Source of the DNA: an uncultured virus (IMG/VR IMGVR_UViG_3300021368_000006)
Lineage: Duplodnaviria > Heunggongvirae > Uroviricota > Caudoviricetes
DNA length: 64,000 bases
Virus record (IMG/VR): IMGVR_UViG_3300021368_000006
Coordinates: 1-64,000 of that record
Direction: 5' to 3' (one strand)
In this document: one piece after another, positions 8,896 through 15,969 of the stretch
How the letters are laid out: the number at the start of each line of letters is the position of its first letter
Position numbering within the stretch: position 1 is the stretch's first letter
The notes under the pieces: model-generated
Told to the model about the DNA's origin: nothing
Seen by the model: only the letters and a program-made list of their open reading frames with translations
The model's database searches: none
Translations under genes and position numbers: made by a program

Positions 8896-9159
8896 ATGGA
8901 TTTGGATGAGTATGAGGAAGATATTAGATTAAATGCAGTAAGTTATAGTATTATAGCATTTAAACCTCAAACCTCAACAAAACAAGTCGGGGAAACAAAA
9001 ACTTTTGAAGATGCTATAAAAATGGCATATGAAATTCATAAAGAAAATAGTTTCCGCAGTGTATTGATTTATGCAGTTAATGAGACTGGACGATTTGTTT
9101 TAAATGCCTTCGTTAGAAGTGATGACATGAAACTCAAAATAATTGGGAGTAGAAAATGA
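8896..9159 (+). CDS. Hypothetical protein
   Basis: Abutting ORF with AAGGA RBS. Confidence 0.55.
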   Translation: MDLDEYEEDIRLNAVSYSIIAFKPQTSTKQVGETKTFEDAIKMAYEIHKENSFRSVLIYAVNETGRFVLNAFVRSDDMKLKIIGSRK

Positions 9160-9380
9160 GTAATCAGCGAAGAGGAAACTGGAAACCAGCTGCAATGAAT
9201 GATAGTAGTAAAATAGATGCAATGTCTTTAACTACTTTCTGCAAAAATGCAAAGGTTCTTTTAGAAGAGCGTGGAGAAGAAGATGCTGCATTCTACTTTG
9301 GACAGGTAGAAGATTGGTTGCGTGATGGGGGAAGAATTCAAACTGGACACAATGATGTTGCCAGAATTCTTGGTGTGTAA
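9156..9380 (+). CDS. Hypothetical protein
   Basis: ATGA overlap with upstream ORF. Confidence 0.6.
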   Translation: MSNQRRGNWKPAAMNDSSKIDAMSLTTFCKNAKVLLEERGEEDAAFYFGQVEDWLRDGGRIQTGHNDVARILGV

Positions 9381-9571
9381 TGAATTTTTTAGAAAGTGAA
9401 GTTTCAGATATTCGTATTAACGATGATGAAGCAAAAATGTTTGGTATCTCTGATAGAGAACTTATTAAACATCTTTTTAAAAAGGTTGTTCTATTAGAAG
9501 AAACAGTTTATGAACTTGAGCATCAACTTAGAGTTCATGAAGAATGGATAAAGTTAAGGGAAAAAAATTAA
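9380..9571 (+). CDS. Hypothetical coiled-coil protein
   Basis: TAATG overlap. Confidence 0.55.
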   Translation: MNFLESEVSDIRINDDEAKMFGISDRELIKHLFKKVVLLEETVYELEHQLRVHEEWIKLREKN

Positions 9572-9578
9572 AAATATA

Positions 9579-9607
9579 TTGACAATATGTTTCATATATG
9601 GTACATT
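9579..9607 (+). promoter_or_regulatory. sigma70-type promoter of tRNA cluster
   Basis: TTGACA-N17-TACATT. Confidence 0.7.
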
Positions 9608-9643
9608 AATACTTGTAATGACTATTTTATGAAACATAGAAAT

Positions 9644-9720
9644 CTGCCCTTAGCTCAGCTGGATAGAGCAACAGCCTTCTAAGCTGTGGGTCGTAGGTTC
9701 GAATCCTACAGGGCAGGCCA
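9644..9720 (+). tRNA. tRNA-Arg (UCU)
   Basis: Cloverleaf with CTGCCCT/AGGGCAG acceptor stem, anticodon loop CTTCTAA, TTCGAAT T-loop, encoded CCA. Confidence 0.95.
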
Positions 9721-9726
9721 ATTAAT

Positions 9727-9950
9727 ATCGGGCGAGTCGGACGCTCGATTTGTCGAGTGAGTAAAAACACGGTTAAGCCTGAAAACGACACTAAATAGAA
9801 GACTCAGGTGGGAAGTTGGAAATCCCTCACTAGAAACCAACAAGATTAAACAGGGGCGGACAGTAGGAAGAGGCGACTAATGTATAAGAAAATAAAGCGG
9901 CCTGTAACCCCTCAAACTGCTAAAAGTAAAAACACCTACTGTCCCTTTTA
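9727..9950 (+). ncRNA. Candidate structured non-coding RNA(s) in tRNA cluster
   Basis: GC-richer stretch with no ORF >=60 codons and several complementary segments, including ggacagtagg/cctactgtcc. Confidence 0.4.
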
Positions 9951-9965
9951 TTCGGAGTTACTATA

Positions 9966-10169
9966 ATGCAAGTATCACCAGTACCACCAGTAAGAATTGT
10001 GAGTGAGTATGTTAGGCAACTAAATGTCGGTGATAAGATTCATAACATTGTAGTAACGCATAAAGACTTTGGAAACTCTGTTAGGGTTGAAGAAGTTTAT
10101 AGAACATACGACAAAACTGGAAAGATTAGAACAGTCGAACCAGTTAGTAAAGTTGATGTTGAAGTTTAG
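9966..10169 (+). CDS. Hypothetical protein
   Basis: GGAG RBS; stop abuts tRNA-Gly. Confidence 0.6.
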   Translation: MQVSPVPPVRIVSEYVRQLNVGDKIHNIVVTHKDFGNSVRVEEVYRTYDKTGKIRTVEPVSKVDVEV

Positions 10170-10243
10170 GCGGATGTCGTATAATGGTATTACCTTAGCC
10201 TTCCAAGCTAATGACAGGGGTTCGATTCCCCTCATCCGCTCCA
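10170..10243 (+). tRNA. tRNA-Gly (UCC)
   Basis: GCGGATG/CATCCGC acceptor stem, anticodon TCC, CCA end. Confidence 0.95.
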
Positions 10244-10252
10244 AAAATTTAT

Positions 10253-10329
10253 CGGGGTATAGCGCAGTCTGGTAGCGCATCTGCTTTGGGAGCAGAGGGT
10301 CGTTGGTTCGAATCCAGCTACCCCGACCA
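10253..10329 (+). tRNA. tRNA-Pro (UGG)
   Basis: CGGGGTA/TACCCCG acceptor stem, anticodon TGG, CCA end. Confidence 0.95.
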
Positions 10330-10341
10330 ATTTAGGAATAT

Positions 10342-10417
10342 TCCCAGATAGCTCAGTTGGTAGAGCAAATGACTGTTAATCATTGGGTCGGGGGTTCGAA
10401 CCCCTCTCTGGGAGCCA
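10342..10417 (+). tRNA. tRNA-Asn (GUU)
   Basis: TCCCAGA/TCTGGGA acceptor stem, anticodon GTT, CCA end. Confidence 0.95.
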
Positions 10418-10438
10418 AATAAACAGTAAGGACACAAG

Positions 10439-10723
10439 ATGTATAAACCTCTACCAGAAGAAGTAACAATAAAAAAATCAGGTATACATGGACTTGGCCT
10501 TTGGTGTGTAAAACCGATCAAAGAAGGAACAGAGATCGGAATGTCACATTTTTATTGGGGAGAAGAATTGCAAAGAACTCCATTGGGTGCTTTTTATAAT
10601 CACTCTGATGAGCCGAATATAGTAAAGATTAGAAAAGATAGTAGGTTCTTTATTGTTGCCACTAGAGATATTTGGCCAGGCGAAGAACTTACATGTGAGT
10701 ATACATTATACGACATAAAATAA
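10439..10723 (+). CDS. Minimal SET-domain protein (putative lysine methyltransferase)
   Basis: KSGIHGLGL, YNHSDEPN and ATRDI.PGEELTCEY are the SET signature motifs. Confidence 0.88.
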   Translation: MYKPLPEEVTIKKSGIHGLGLWCVKPIKEGTEIGMSHFYWGEELQRTPLGAFYNHSDEPNIVKIRKDSRFFIVATRDIWPGEELTCEYTLYDIK

Positions 10724-10861
10724 ACTTATACCCCATAAAAAATTTCTGTGCAAAAAAGTCTTGATTTCTTATACTTTTTTGATATATACTAGTATCTGTT
10801 AGTAATTAATCATTTACTAATATATTAGCACTACCGCACCAATTGGTGCAAGGAAAATACA

Positions 10862-11128
10862 ATGAAAACTTTAATCGCAATTTTGGCAATGACTTCGACT
10901 TCTGCATTTGCATTTATCAATGATGGTAATGGCAATTCGTCTGGTGGCGCATCATCTACAATGAACGGTGACGCAGAAGGCCGTGGTGTTGCAACCTTCT
11001 CTATGAACTTCTCTGCATCTGCAAACACCAAAGCAGACTTTGATGCAGATGGTGAAGGTTCGATGCAGAACATGTTCTCTGGTGAGGATACGTCATACTA
11101 CTATCGCCCAGAGGGTTACGGTAAATAA
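10862..11128 (+). CDS. Secreted Gly/Asn/Asp-rich small protein
   Basis: Sec signal peptide ending AFA; AAGGA RBS. Confidence 0.7.
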   Translation: MKTLIAILAMTSTSAFAFINDGNGNSSGGASSTMNGDAEGRGVATFSMNFSASANTKADFDADGEGSMQNMFSGEDTSYYYRPEGYGK

Positions 11129-11140
11129 TAAATTTACCTA

Positions 11141-11169
11141 TTGACAATCACTCCTCATTGAGTTACACT
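11141..11169 (+). promoter_or_regulatory. sigma70-type promoter
   Basis: TTGACA-N17-TACACT. Confidence 0.65.
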
Positions 11170-11269
11170 GGCTATTAAGTGAATTTGATGAGGAGTGAAA
11201 AAGGATTTATATATTATGAAAATGCATTCTAATTAAGTTGGAGTTAACTTTAAAAGAATAGGAACAGTT

Positions 11270-11467
11270 ATGTCACTTGGGTTTAGGGACAATTACCAAA
11301 ACATAATTAAGAATTTAGTTCAGAACGCCGATCAGTGCAGTCAACAATGGATACTTACTGGAGATGCAGAATGGTATGAAGCATACATGATGTATGTTGA
11401 AAAGGTATGTGAATTAAAGGAATGGATTAAAAAAAGAGAAAGTGAAATAGAAAATACGCCGCTGTAG
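11270..11467 (+). CDS. Hypothetical protein
   Basis: AGGA RBS; last codons overlap tRNA-Thr. Confidence 0.55.
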   Translation: MSLGFRDNYQNIIKNLVQNADQCSQQWILTGDAEWYEAYMMYVEKVCELKEWIKKRESEIENTPL

Positions 11468-11533
11468 CTCAGTTGGTAGAGCAACTGATTTGTAATCAGT
11501 AGGTCGGGAGTTCGAATCTCTCTAGCGGCACCA
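11458..11533 (+). tRNA. tRNA-Thr (UGU)
   Basis: GCCGCTG/TAGCGGC acceptor stem, anticodon TGT, CCA end. Confidence 0.95.
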
Positions 11534-11538
11534 TTAAT

Positions 11539-11612
11539 ATGGGTGTGGTGTAGTGGCAACACATCAGTCTCCAAAACTGAAGATGGCAGTTCGATTCTGT
11601 CCGCCTGTGCCA
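11539..11612 (+). tRNA. tRNA-Trp (CCA)
   Basis: Anticodon arm tcagt-ctccaaa-actga, TTCGATT T-loop, CCA end; acceptor stem has 3 G-U pairs. Confidence 0.88.
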
Positions 11613-11628
11613 ATTAGAGGAGAATCTT

Positions 11629-11817
11629 ATGTGGACTTTAGTTTTTATTGTCTTCATTCAAGGCGAACTAACGTCTACAGTGGAAGGAACATACCCAACA
11701 ATGTACGAATGCTTTGACAATAGAGAATTATTATCGTATAAAGTTGGCAGAGGTGATGGTTATTTTAAACCAGACAGTCAGGCAATTTGTATATATAGAG
11801 AAGATATTGAAGTATAG
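11629..11817 (+). CDS. Hypothetical protein
   Basis: GAGGAG RBS; MW + hydrophobic start, Y-x4-EC and A.C motifs like 190..435. Confidence 0.65.
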   Translation: MWTLVFIVFIQGELTSTVEGTYPTMYECFDNRELLSYKVGRGDGYFKPDSQAICIYREDIEV

Positions 11818-11830
11818 TTAGGAATTTAAT

Positions 11831-11932
11831 ATGTTTAATTGGATAATAAACTTCTTTAAAATGAAAGAACATCACGGCGATCTTTCAAAACATAGATTGC
11901 ATAGCGAAAGATACGAAGACTGTTGTATGTAA
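11831..11932 (+). CDS. Small peptide (33 aa)
   Basis: Read by eye: MFNWIINFFKMKEHHGDLSKHRLHSERYEDCCM; AGGA RBS; abuts next ORF. Confidence 0.5.
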   Translation: MFNWIINFFKMKEHHGDLSKHRLHSERYEDCCM

Positions 11933-12202
11933 ATGGAAGACAAAGAAAGAAAAATAATTCTTCTAACTGATATAATAGAACAAAAGGTTCGAAAAGAAAA
12001 AGAGCTTGAATATTATCAACGAGAGTTAGAAAAATTAAATCATAAAATGTTTTTCATTCGCAAAGAAATCGACCTAACAAATCTTATAATAGATATGATT
12101 GGAAGAGAAAAAATTATGGACATTCGTGAAGTCATTGATGACAAGAGTGCAGAAAAATTGATTGGTAATGATAATGGTGAAGAAGACGGAAGCGAAACCT
12201 AA
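11933..12202 (+). CDS. Coiled-coil hypothetical protein
   Basis: IIEQKVRKEKELEYYQRELEKL. Confidence 0.65.
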   Translation: MEDKERKIILLTDIIEQKVRKEKELEYYQRELEKLNHKMFFIRKEIDLTNLIIDMIGREKIMDIREVIDDKSAEKLIGNDNGEEDGSET

Positions 12203-12839
12203 ACGGAAAAGAAGAACAAAGGCAGAAATGGAGGCCGCCCGAGCGGCCGAGTCTCAATCCTCAAAACCAAAACAAAAGAGGAAGCGCAGAACCAAAGCAG
12301 AGATGGAGGCCGCTCGGGCAGCATCATTACCACCAGAACCCAAGTGGTATGAGATTGGGTATAAGGGCCCAAAACCGTCCCCACCAAAATCAAAAAAGAA
12401 ACCTCGTTCATATCCCCCACCCCCACCAAGACAAAAGTTCGATACTAGTTTAATTGATGAACAAATAAAATTTCCAGGCAAAGATGGCGCCAAGTACGCA
12501 ATTACTAAGGAAACAAAACATGGTAGACATGTATTGTCTTGGGGAATGGGTGATTGGAGTATATTATATGATGCAAAATATAATGATACTGAAAAACATT
12601 GGAATTTTTATCTTGACTTATACAAAAAAACATGCGATACTGATAAAAATGTAAATGCAAAAAAGGTGAGAAATAATGGTAGAACAAATGCAACAACAAA
12701 GTCCAATATCAAATCTGGACGCACCAACACTAAGGGCAATACTACAGGAAAAGGCACAACGAGTAGTGTTCGAAAAGGCAGACGGAACTCTAAGAGTAAT
12801 GCATTGCACGACAAATCCGAAGATCGTGCCGTGGCCTGA
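12162..12839 (+). CDS. Basic Lys/Arg/Pro-rich protein with duplicated KRKRRTKAEMEAARAA motif
   Basis: Two copies identical in protein but differing at synonymous DNA positions; start may be 12174. Confidence 0.65.
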   Translation: MVMIMVKKTEAKPKRKRRTKAEMEAARAAESQSSKPKQKRKRRTKAEMEAARAASLPPEPKWYEIGYKGPKPSPPKSKKKPRSYPPPPPRQKFDTSLIDEQIKFPGKDGAKYAITKETKHGRHVLSWGMGDWSILYDAKYNDTEKHWNFYLDLYKKTCDTDKNVNAKKVRNNGRTNATTKSNIKSGRTNTKGNTTGKGTTSSVRKGRRNSKSNALHDKSEDRAVA

Positions 12840-12972
12840 TAACCCAGTAGAGGTGGAAGGATCAGTTCAAAAAGAAAAAGACCCAAACCTTATTGTTGTT
12901 TGGGATTTGGAAAAAGAGGGATGGAGATCGTTTCGATTTGAAAGGCTTAAAGAGTATGGAGATTTAGATTAA
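12676..12972 (+). CDS. WYL_2-type SH3/Sm-like beta-barrel protein
   Basis: FEKADGTLRVM.CT and VWDLEKEGWRSFR motifs. Confidence 0.8.
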   Translation: MVEQMQQQSPISNLDAPTLRAILQEKAQRVVFEKADGTLRVMHCTTNPKIVPWPDNPVEVEGSVQKEKDPNLIVVWDLEKEGWRSFRFERLKEYGDLD

Positions 12973-13244
12973 TGGGTGGAAAATCAAAGGGAAAGAATTA
13001 CACATCTAAGGGCGAACGCCCTAGTGTATCACGGAAGAATAGAACTAAAAACCCAAAAGGAACTCTTGCACATGCAATTCGTCAACGAGAGGCATGGCAG
13101 CAAGGAAAGAATGTAGTTCTTACAATTCCAAACCCAAATACCTCAGAAACAAATAAACCTTTTATAAGAGTTAAGGCAAGTGAGGTTTGGGGCGATTTTA
13201 GAAAACAGAAAAAGTTTATGATGAGAGGAGAACCGGCTGTATGA
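12972..13244 (+). CDS. Basic hypothetical protein of T4-like phages
   Basis: YTSKGER...AW.QGKNVVLTIPNPN...NKPFIRV. Confidence 0.7.
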   Translation: MGGKSKGKNYTSKGERPSVSRKNRTKNPKGTLAHAIRQREAWQQGKNVVLTIPNPNTSETNKPFIRVKASEVWGDFRKQKKFMMRGEPAV

Positions 13245-13828
13245 TAGAAGGATTTAGACCACCTTGTGTGGTATTCAGAACTAGGGTTAGAGATGAATCA
13301 ATCGAAGGCCCAAACCCATTTAGATGGGAAGATGTAACAAGTGATGAATTGTTTAAAGGTAAGAGAGTAGTTTTATTCAGTTTGCCCGGCGCATTTACGC
13401 CCACTTGTTCTACATACCAATTGCCAGGCTTTGAGAGTAATTATTCAAAGATTAAAGATTATGGTATTGACGAAGTATACTGCATTTCAGTTAACGATGC
13501 ATTTGTTATGAATGCATGGGCCAAGGCACAGAACATTCAAAATGTAAAAGTGATTCCAGATGGTTCTGGAAACTTTACTCGTTTCATGGGAATGTTGATT
13601 GGTAAAAACCACTTAGGTTTTGGTATGCGTAGTTGGAGATACATGTGTGTAATTAATGATGGGGTTGTTGAACATTGGTGGCAAGAGCCAGGCATCAATA
13701 ACGATGGTAGTGATGATGACCCATATGTTCAAACAACTCCAGAAAATATGATTAGTTATCTAGATCAGAAAAGTATGTGGAATGAAGTTGAACAACGAAC
13801 CACTATGGGCGATTATAAGGTTGTTTAA
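13241..13828 (+). CDS. Peroxiredoxin (Prx5/redoxin family)
   Basis: LPGAFTPTCS active site; SVNDAFVMNAW; DGSGNFT; RSWRY. Confidence 0.93.
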   Translation: MIEGFRPPCVVFRTRVRDESIEGPNPFRWEDVTSDELFKGKRVVLFSLPGAFTPTCSTYQLPGFESNYSKIKDYGIDEVYCISVNDAFVMNAWAKAQNIQNVKVIPDGSGNFTRFMGMLIGKNHLGFGMRSWRYMCVINDGVVEHWWQEPGINNDGSDDDPYVQTTPENMISYLDQKSMWNEVEQRTTMGDYKVV

Positions 13829-14625
13829 TGTATGATATAAGGCCCCTTCACAAGAATAATGCTTCTGTATTTGTTGCAGAACGCCATTATTCTGCAGTTA
13901 TGCCTCGATTAACTAAACATTATCTAGGTTTTCACTTAGATGATAAGTTGGTTGGGGTTTTAACATTAGGATGGGGAACTAATCCGATGGGAACTATTAA
14001 AAAGATGTTTCCAGATTTGACTACATCCGATTACTTTGAGATCGGAAAGATGTGCATGGATGATTCTATGCCCAGAAACTCCGAATCCCAAATGTTATCT
14101 CAAACGGTAAAGTGGATGCGTGAAAATACAGATGCAAAATATCTGTATACTTGGGCAGATGGAATAGTTGGAAAGCCAGGATATGTTTACCAATCTGCAA
14201 ACTTTCTTTACGGCGGTTTTATATGGTCTGATGTATATGTCTCTGAGACAGGCGAGAAGGTGCATTTTAGGACTATACAGAGGAAGATGAAGAAAGAGAT
14301 GGGTAGACATGATACGAAGTATGGCCCTCGACCAAATGACGCCAAAATGGGTGATATGGGGTTTTCAAGAGTATGGGGTAAACAGTTCAGATATATCTAT
14401 CCATTGACAAAAACAGATAGAAAGTATATGAATAGATATTCAACTTGTTGTTGGACAAATCAGTATCCAAAAGATGATGATTTGCAGTGGAAAATTAAAC
14501 GGCCTGGCGAAACAGAATACGAATGGTGTGATGATATGCCATTCATTCACAGTAATGACATAAAACATAATAAGAGTAATATCGCAAGATACAAGGCAGA
14601 TATTACGATTGATAGTTTTTTTTGA
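13828..14625 (+). CDS. Mom-like (GNAT-fold) DNA base-modification protein
   Basis: HYS, EIGKMC...PRNSES..LS, TWAD...GYVYQSANFLYGG motifs like Mu Mom relatives. Confidence 0.7.
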   Translation: MYDIRPLHKNNASVFVAERHYSAVMPRLTKHYLGFHLDDKLVGVLTLGWGTNPMGTIKKMFPDLTTSDYFEIGKMCMDDSMPRNSESQMLSQTVKWMRENTDAKYLYTWADGIVGKPGYVYQSANFLYGGFIWSDVYVSETGEKVHFRTIQRKMKKEMGRHDTKYGPRPNDAKMGDMGFSRVWGKQFRYIYPLTKTDRKYMNRYSTCCWTNQYPKDDDLQWKIKRPGETEYEWCDDMPFIHSNDIKHNKSNIARYKADITIDSFF

Positions 14626-14775
14626 TAACCTATATAATTGTGGAGTATATAATGAAAAGATCAAATATAAATCAATTAAGGATTAGATTGCGAGACGCAA
14701 GGTCAAGGATGAGGCAATATTTACAACGACAGGCGTATATAAACAGACAGATGAAAATATCTCAGGAGATTAATA

Positions 14776-15303
14776 ATGGAAGACTATAGTACAAAATACA
14801 CTTTTAGTAGTGTACACGATGACGGGGGCAAAGAAGATGTTGTTACTTATTCATTTGATGGGACAGATGCAACACTTGGTGAAGTGTTGGAGAAAATCGA
14901 AATCTTTTTGATCGCTGCAGGTTTTGATTGGATTAAGAAAGGTGAAATTCAACATATCGAAAGTGTTTCCGATGAAGACTATGACCTTGCTGCAGGAAAA
15001 GAATTATTTGATGAATATTCTGTAAGTGCAGAAGAAATGTATAATAGACTTAATGGTTTAGATACCACTGCCAAAATTGTTGAATTTCCTAAAAAAGAAG
15101 ATTCAGAAGATACCATAACATTAACTGGTAATGGGTTGGATGATTTGCTTTTTACTGGAGATTATGACATCGGTTCTGTCACCTTCGATAATATGGATGT
15201 CACACTAGATACTTCTGATATCACTTTTACAGACTCATATAATGTGTCACTTACTCCAAGTGATATTACAATTAATTTTGACAAAGACAAAGAAAAGGAT
15301 TAA
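14776..15303 (+). CDS. Acidic hypothetical protein
   Basis: AGGAG RBS; FL.AAGF motif; Asp/Thr-rich C-terminus. Confidence 0.65.
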   Translation: MEDYSTKYTFSSVHDDGGKEDVVTYSFDGTDATLGEVLEKIEIFLIAAGFDWIKKGEIQHIESVSDEDYDLAAGKELFDEYSVSAEEMYNRLNGLDTTAKIVEFPKKEDSEDTITLTGNGLDDLLFTGDYDIGSVTFDNMDVTLDTSDITFTDSYNVSLTPSDITINFDKDKEKD

Positions 15304-15305
15304 AA

Positions 15306-15761
15306 ATGACTTTTAAATTATCAAACAGATCACTTTCTAAACTGGAAGGTGTTCATGATGACATGGTTAGAGTTGTCAGCCGTGCTATCGAATTGACTGA
15401 GGTCGACTTTGGAGTGATCCAAGGTTTAAGAACTCTTGAAGAACAAGAGGCTTTAGTTGCTAAGGGTGCAAGTCAAACAATGAAGAGTAAGCATCTTGAC
15501 GGACTTGCAGTAGACTTAATGGCTTATGTTGGAGGCCGTGGAGTCTGGGAACTCAATGTGTATGATGAAGTTGCAGACGCAATGAAGGCCGCTGCAATAG
15601 AAGAAGGTGTAGCAGTCCGCTGGGGCGCAGCCTGGCACATTGATGACATTAGAGAGTGGGATGGTTCCATGGAAGACGCCATGAACGCCTATGTTGATTT
15701 GAGGCGCTCTCAAGGAAGACGCCCATTTATTGACGCTCCACACTTTGAGCTGATGGTATGA
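15306..15761 (+). CDS. Endolysin, peptidase M15 (L-Ala-D-Glu peptidase type)
   Basis: LS.RS...LEGVH, GLRT.EEQ, SKHLDGLAVDL, DAPHFEL. Confidence 0.9.
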   Translation: MTFKLSNRSLSKLEGVHDDMVRVVSRAIELTEVDFGVIQGLRTLEEQEALVAKGASQTMKSKHLDGLAVDLMAYVGGRGVWELNVYDEVADAMKAAAIEEGVAVRWGAAWHIDDIREWDGSMEDAMNAYVDLRRSQGRRPFIDAPHFELMV

Positions 15762-15955
15762 AAATAAGTTGGGGGTACTTTGTGTGTATCCCCATAGTTT
15801 CTTACTTTATCCTTTTATTCCTTTTAGGTTTATTTGGAAAAAGTTTAATGGTATTTACACCAGAAGAAAATATCGTATTGTATGAATTTCTTGGTGTTGT
15901 ATTATTACACTATATTTTTTATATTATTTTTTGCTTGACAAAAATAAAAGAATAG
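15758..15955 (+). CDS. Two-TM membrane protein (possible lysis accessory)
   Basis: ATGA overlap with endolysin; hydrophobic; 3' end overlaps the ssrA promoter. Confidence 0.4.
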   Translation: MKISWGYFVCIPIVSYFILLFLLGLFGKSLMVFTPEENIVLYEFLGVVLLHYIFYIIFCLTKIKE

Positions 15956-15965
15956 TGTATAAATA
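15935..15965 (+). promoter_or_regulatory. Composite sigma70 plus T4-late promoter for tmRNA
   Basis: TTGACA-N17-TATAAA where the -10 box is part of TATAAATA. Confidence 0.7.
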
Positions 15966-15969
15966 AACT

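Noticed and set aside
9727..9950. Possible RNase P, SRP or known small ribozyme
   Set aside because: Conserved cores (GAGGAAAGUCC, SRP loop, CUGANGA..GAAA) not found; kept only as an unknown ncRNA candidate
10020..10521. ORFs 10020..10280, 10069..10275 and 10318..10521
   Set aside because: Shadow frames over tRNA genes
11233..11248. TTAA-N7-TTAAC, a CtrA-box-like site
   Set aside because: Only one copy noticed; several are expected by chance in 64 kb of AT-rich DNA
11539..11612. Suppressor tRNA or recoded genetic code
   Set aside because: Anticodon is the standard CCA; long genes are open in code 11 and all three stops are used
11341..11613. Minus-strand 90-aa ORF
   Set aside because: Antisense to tRNA-Thr and tRNA-Trp
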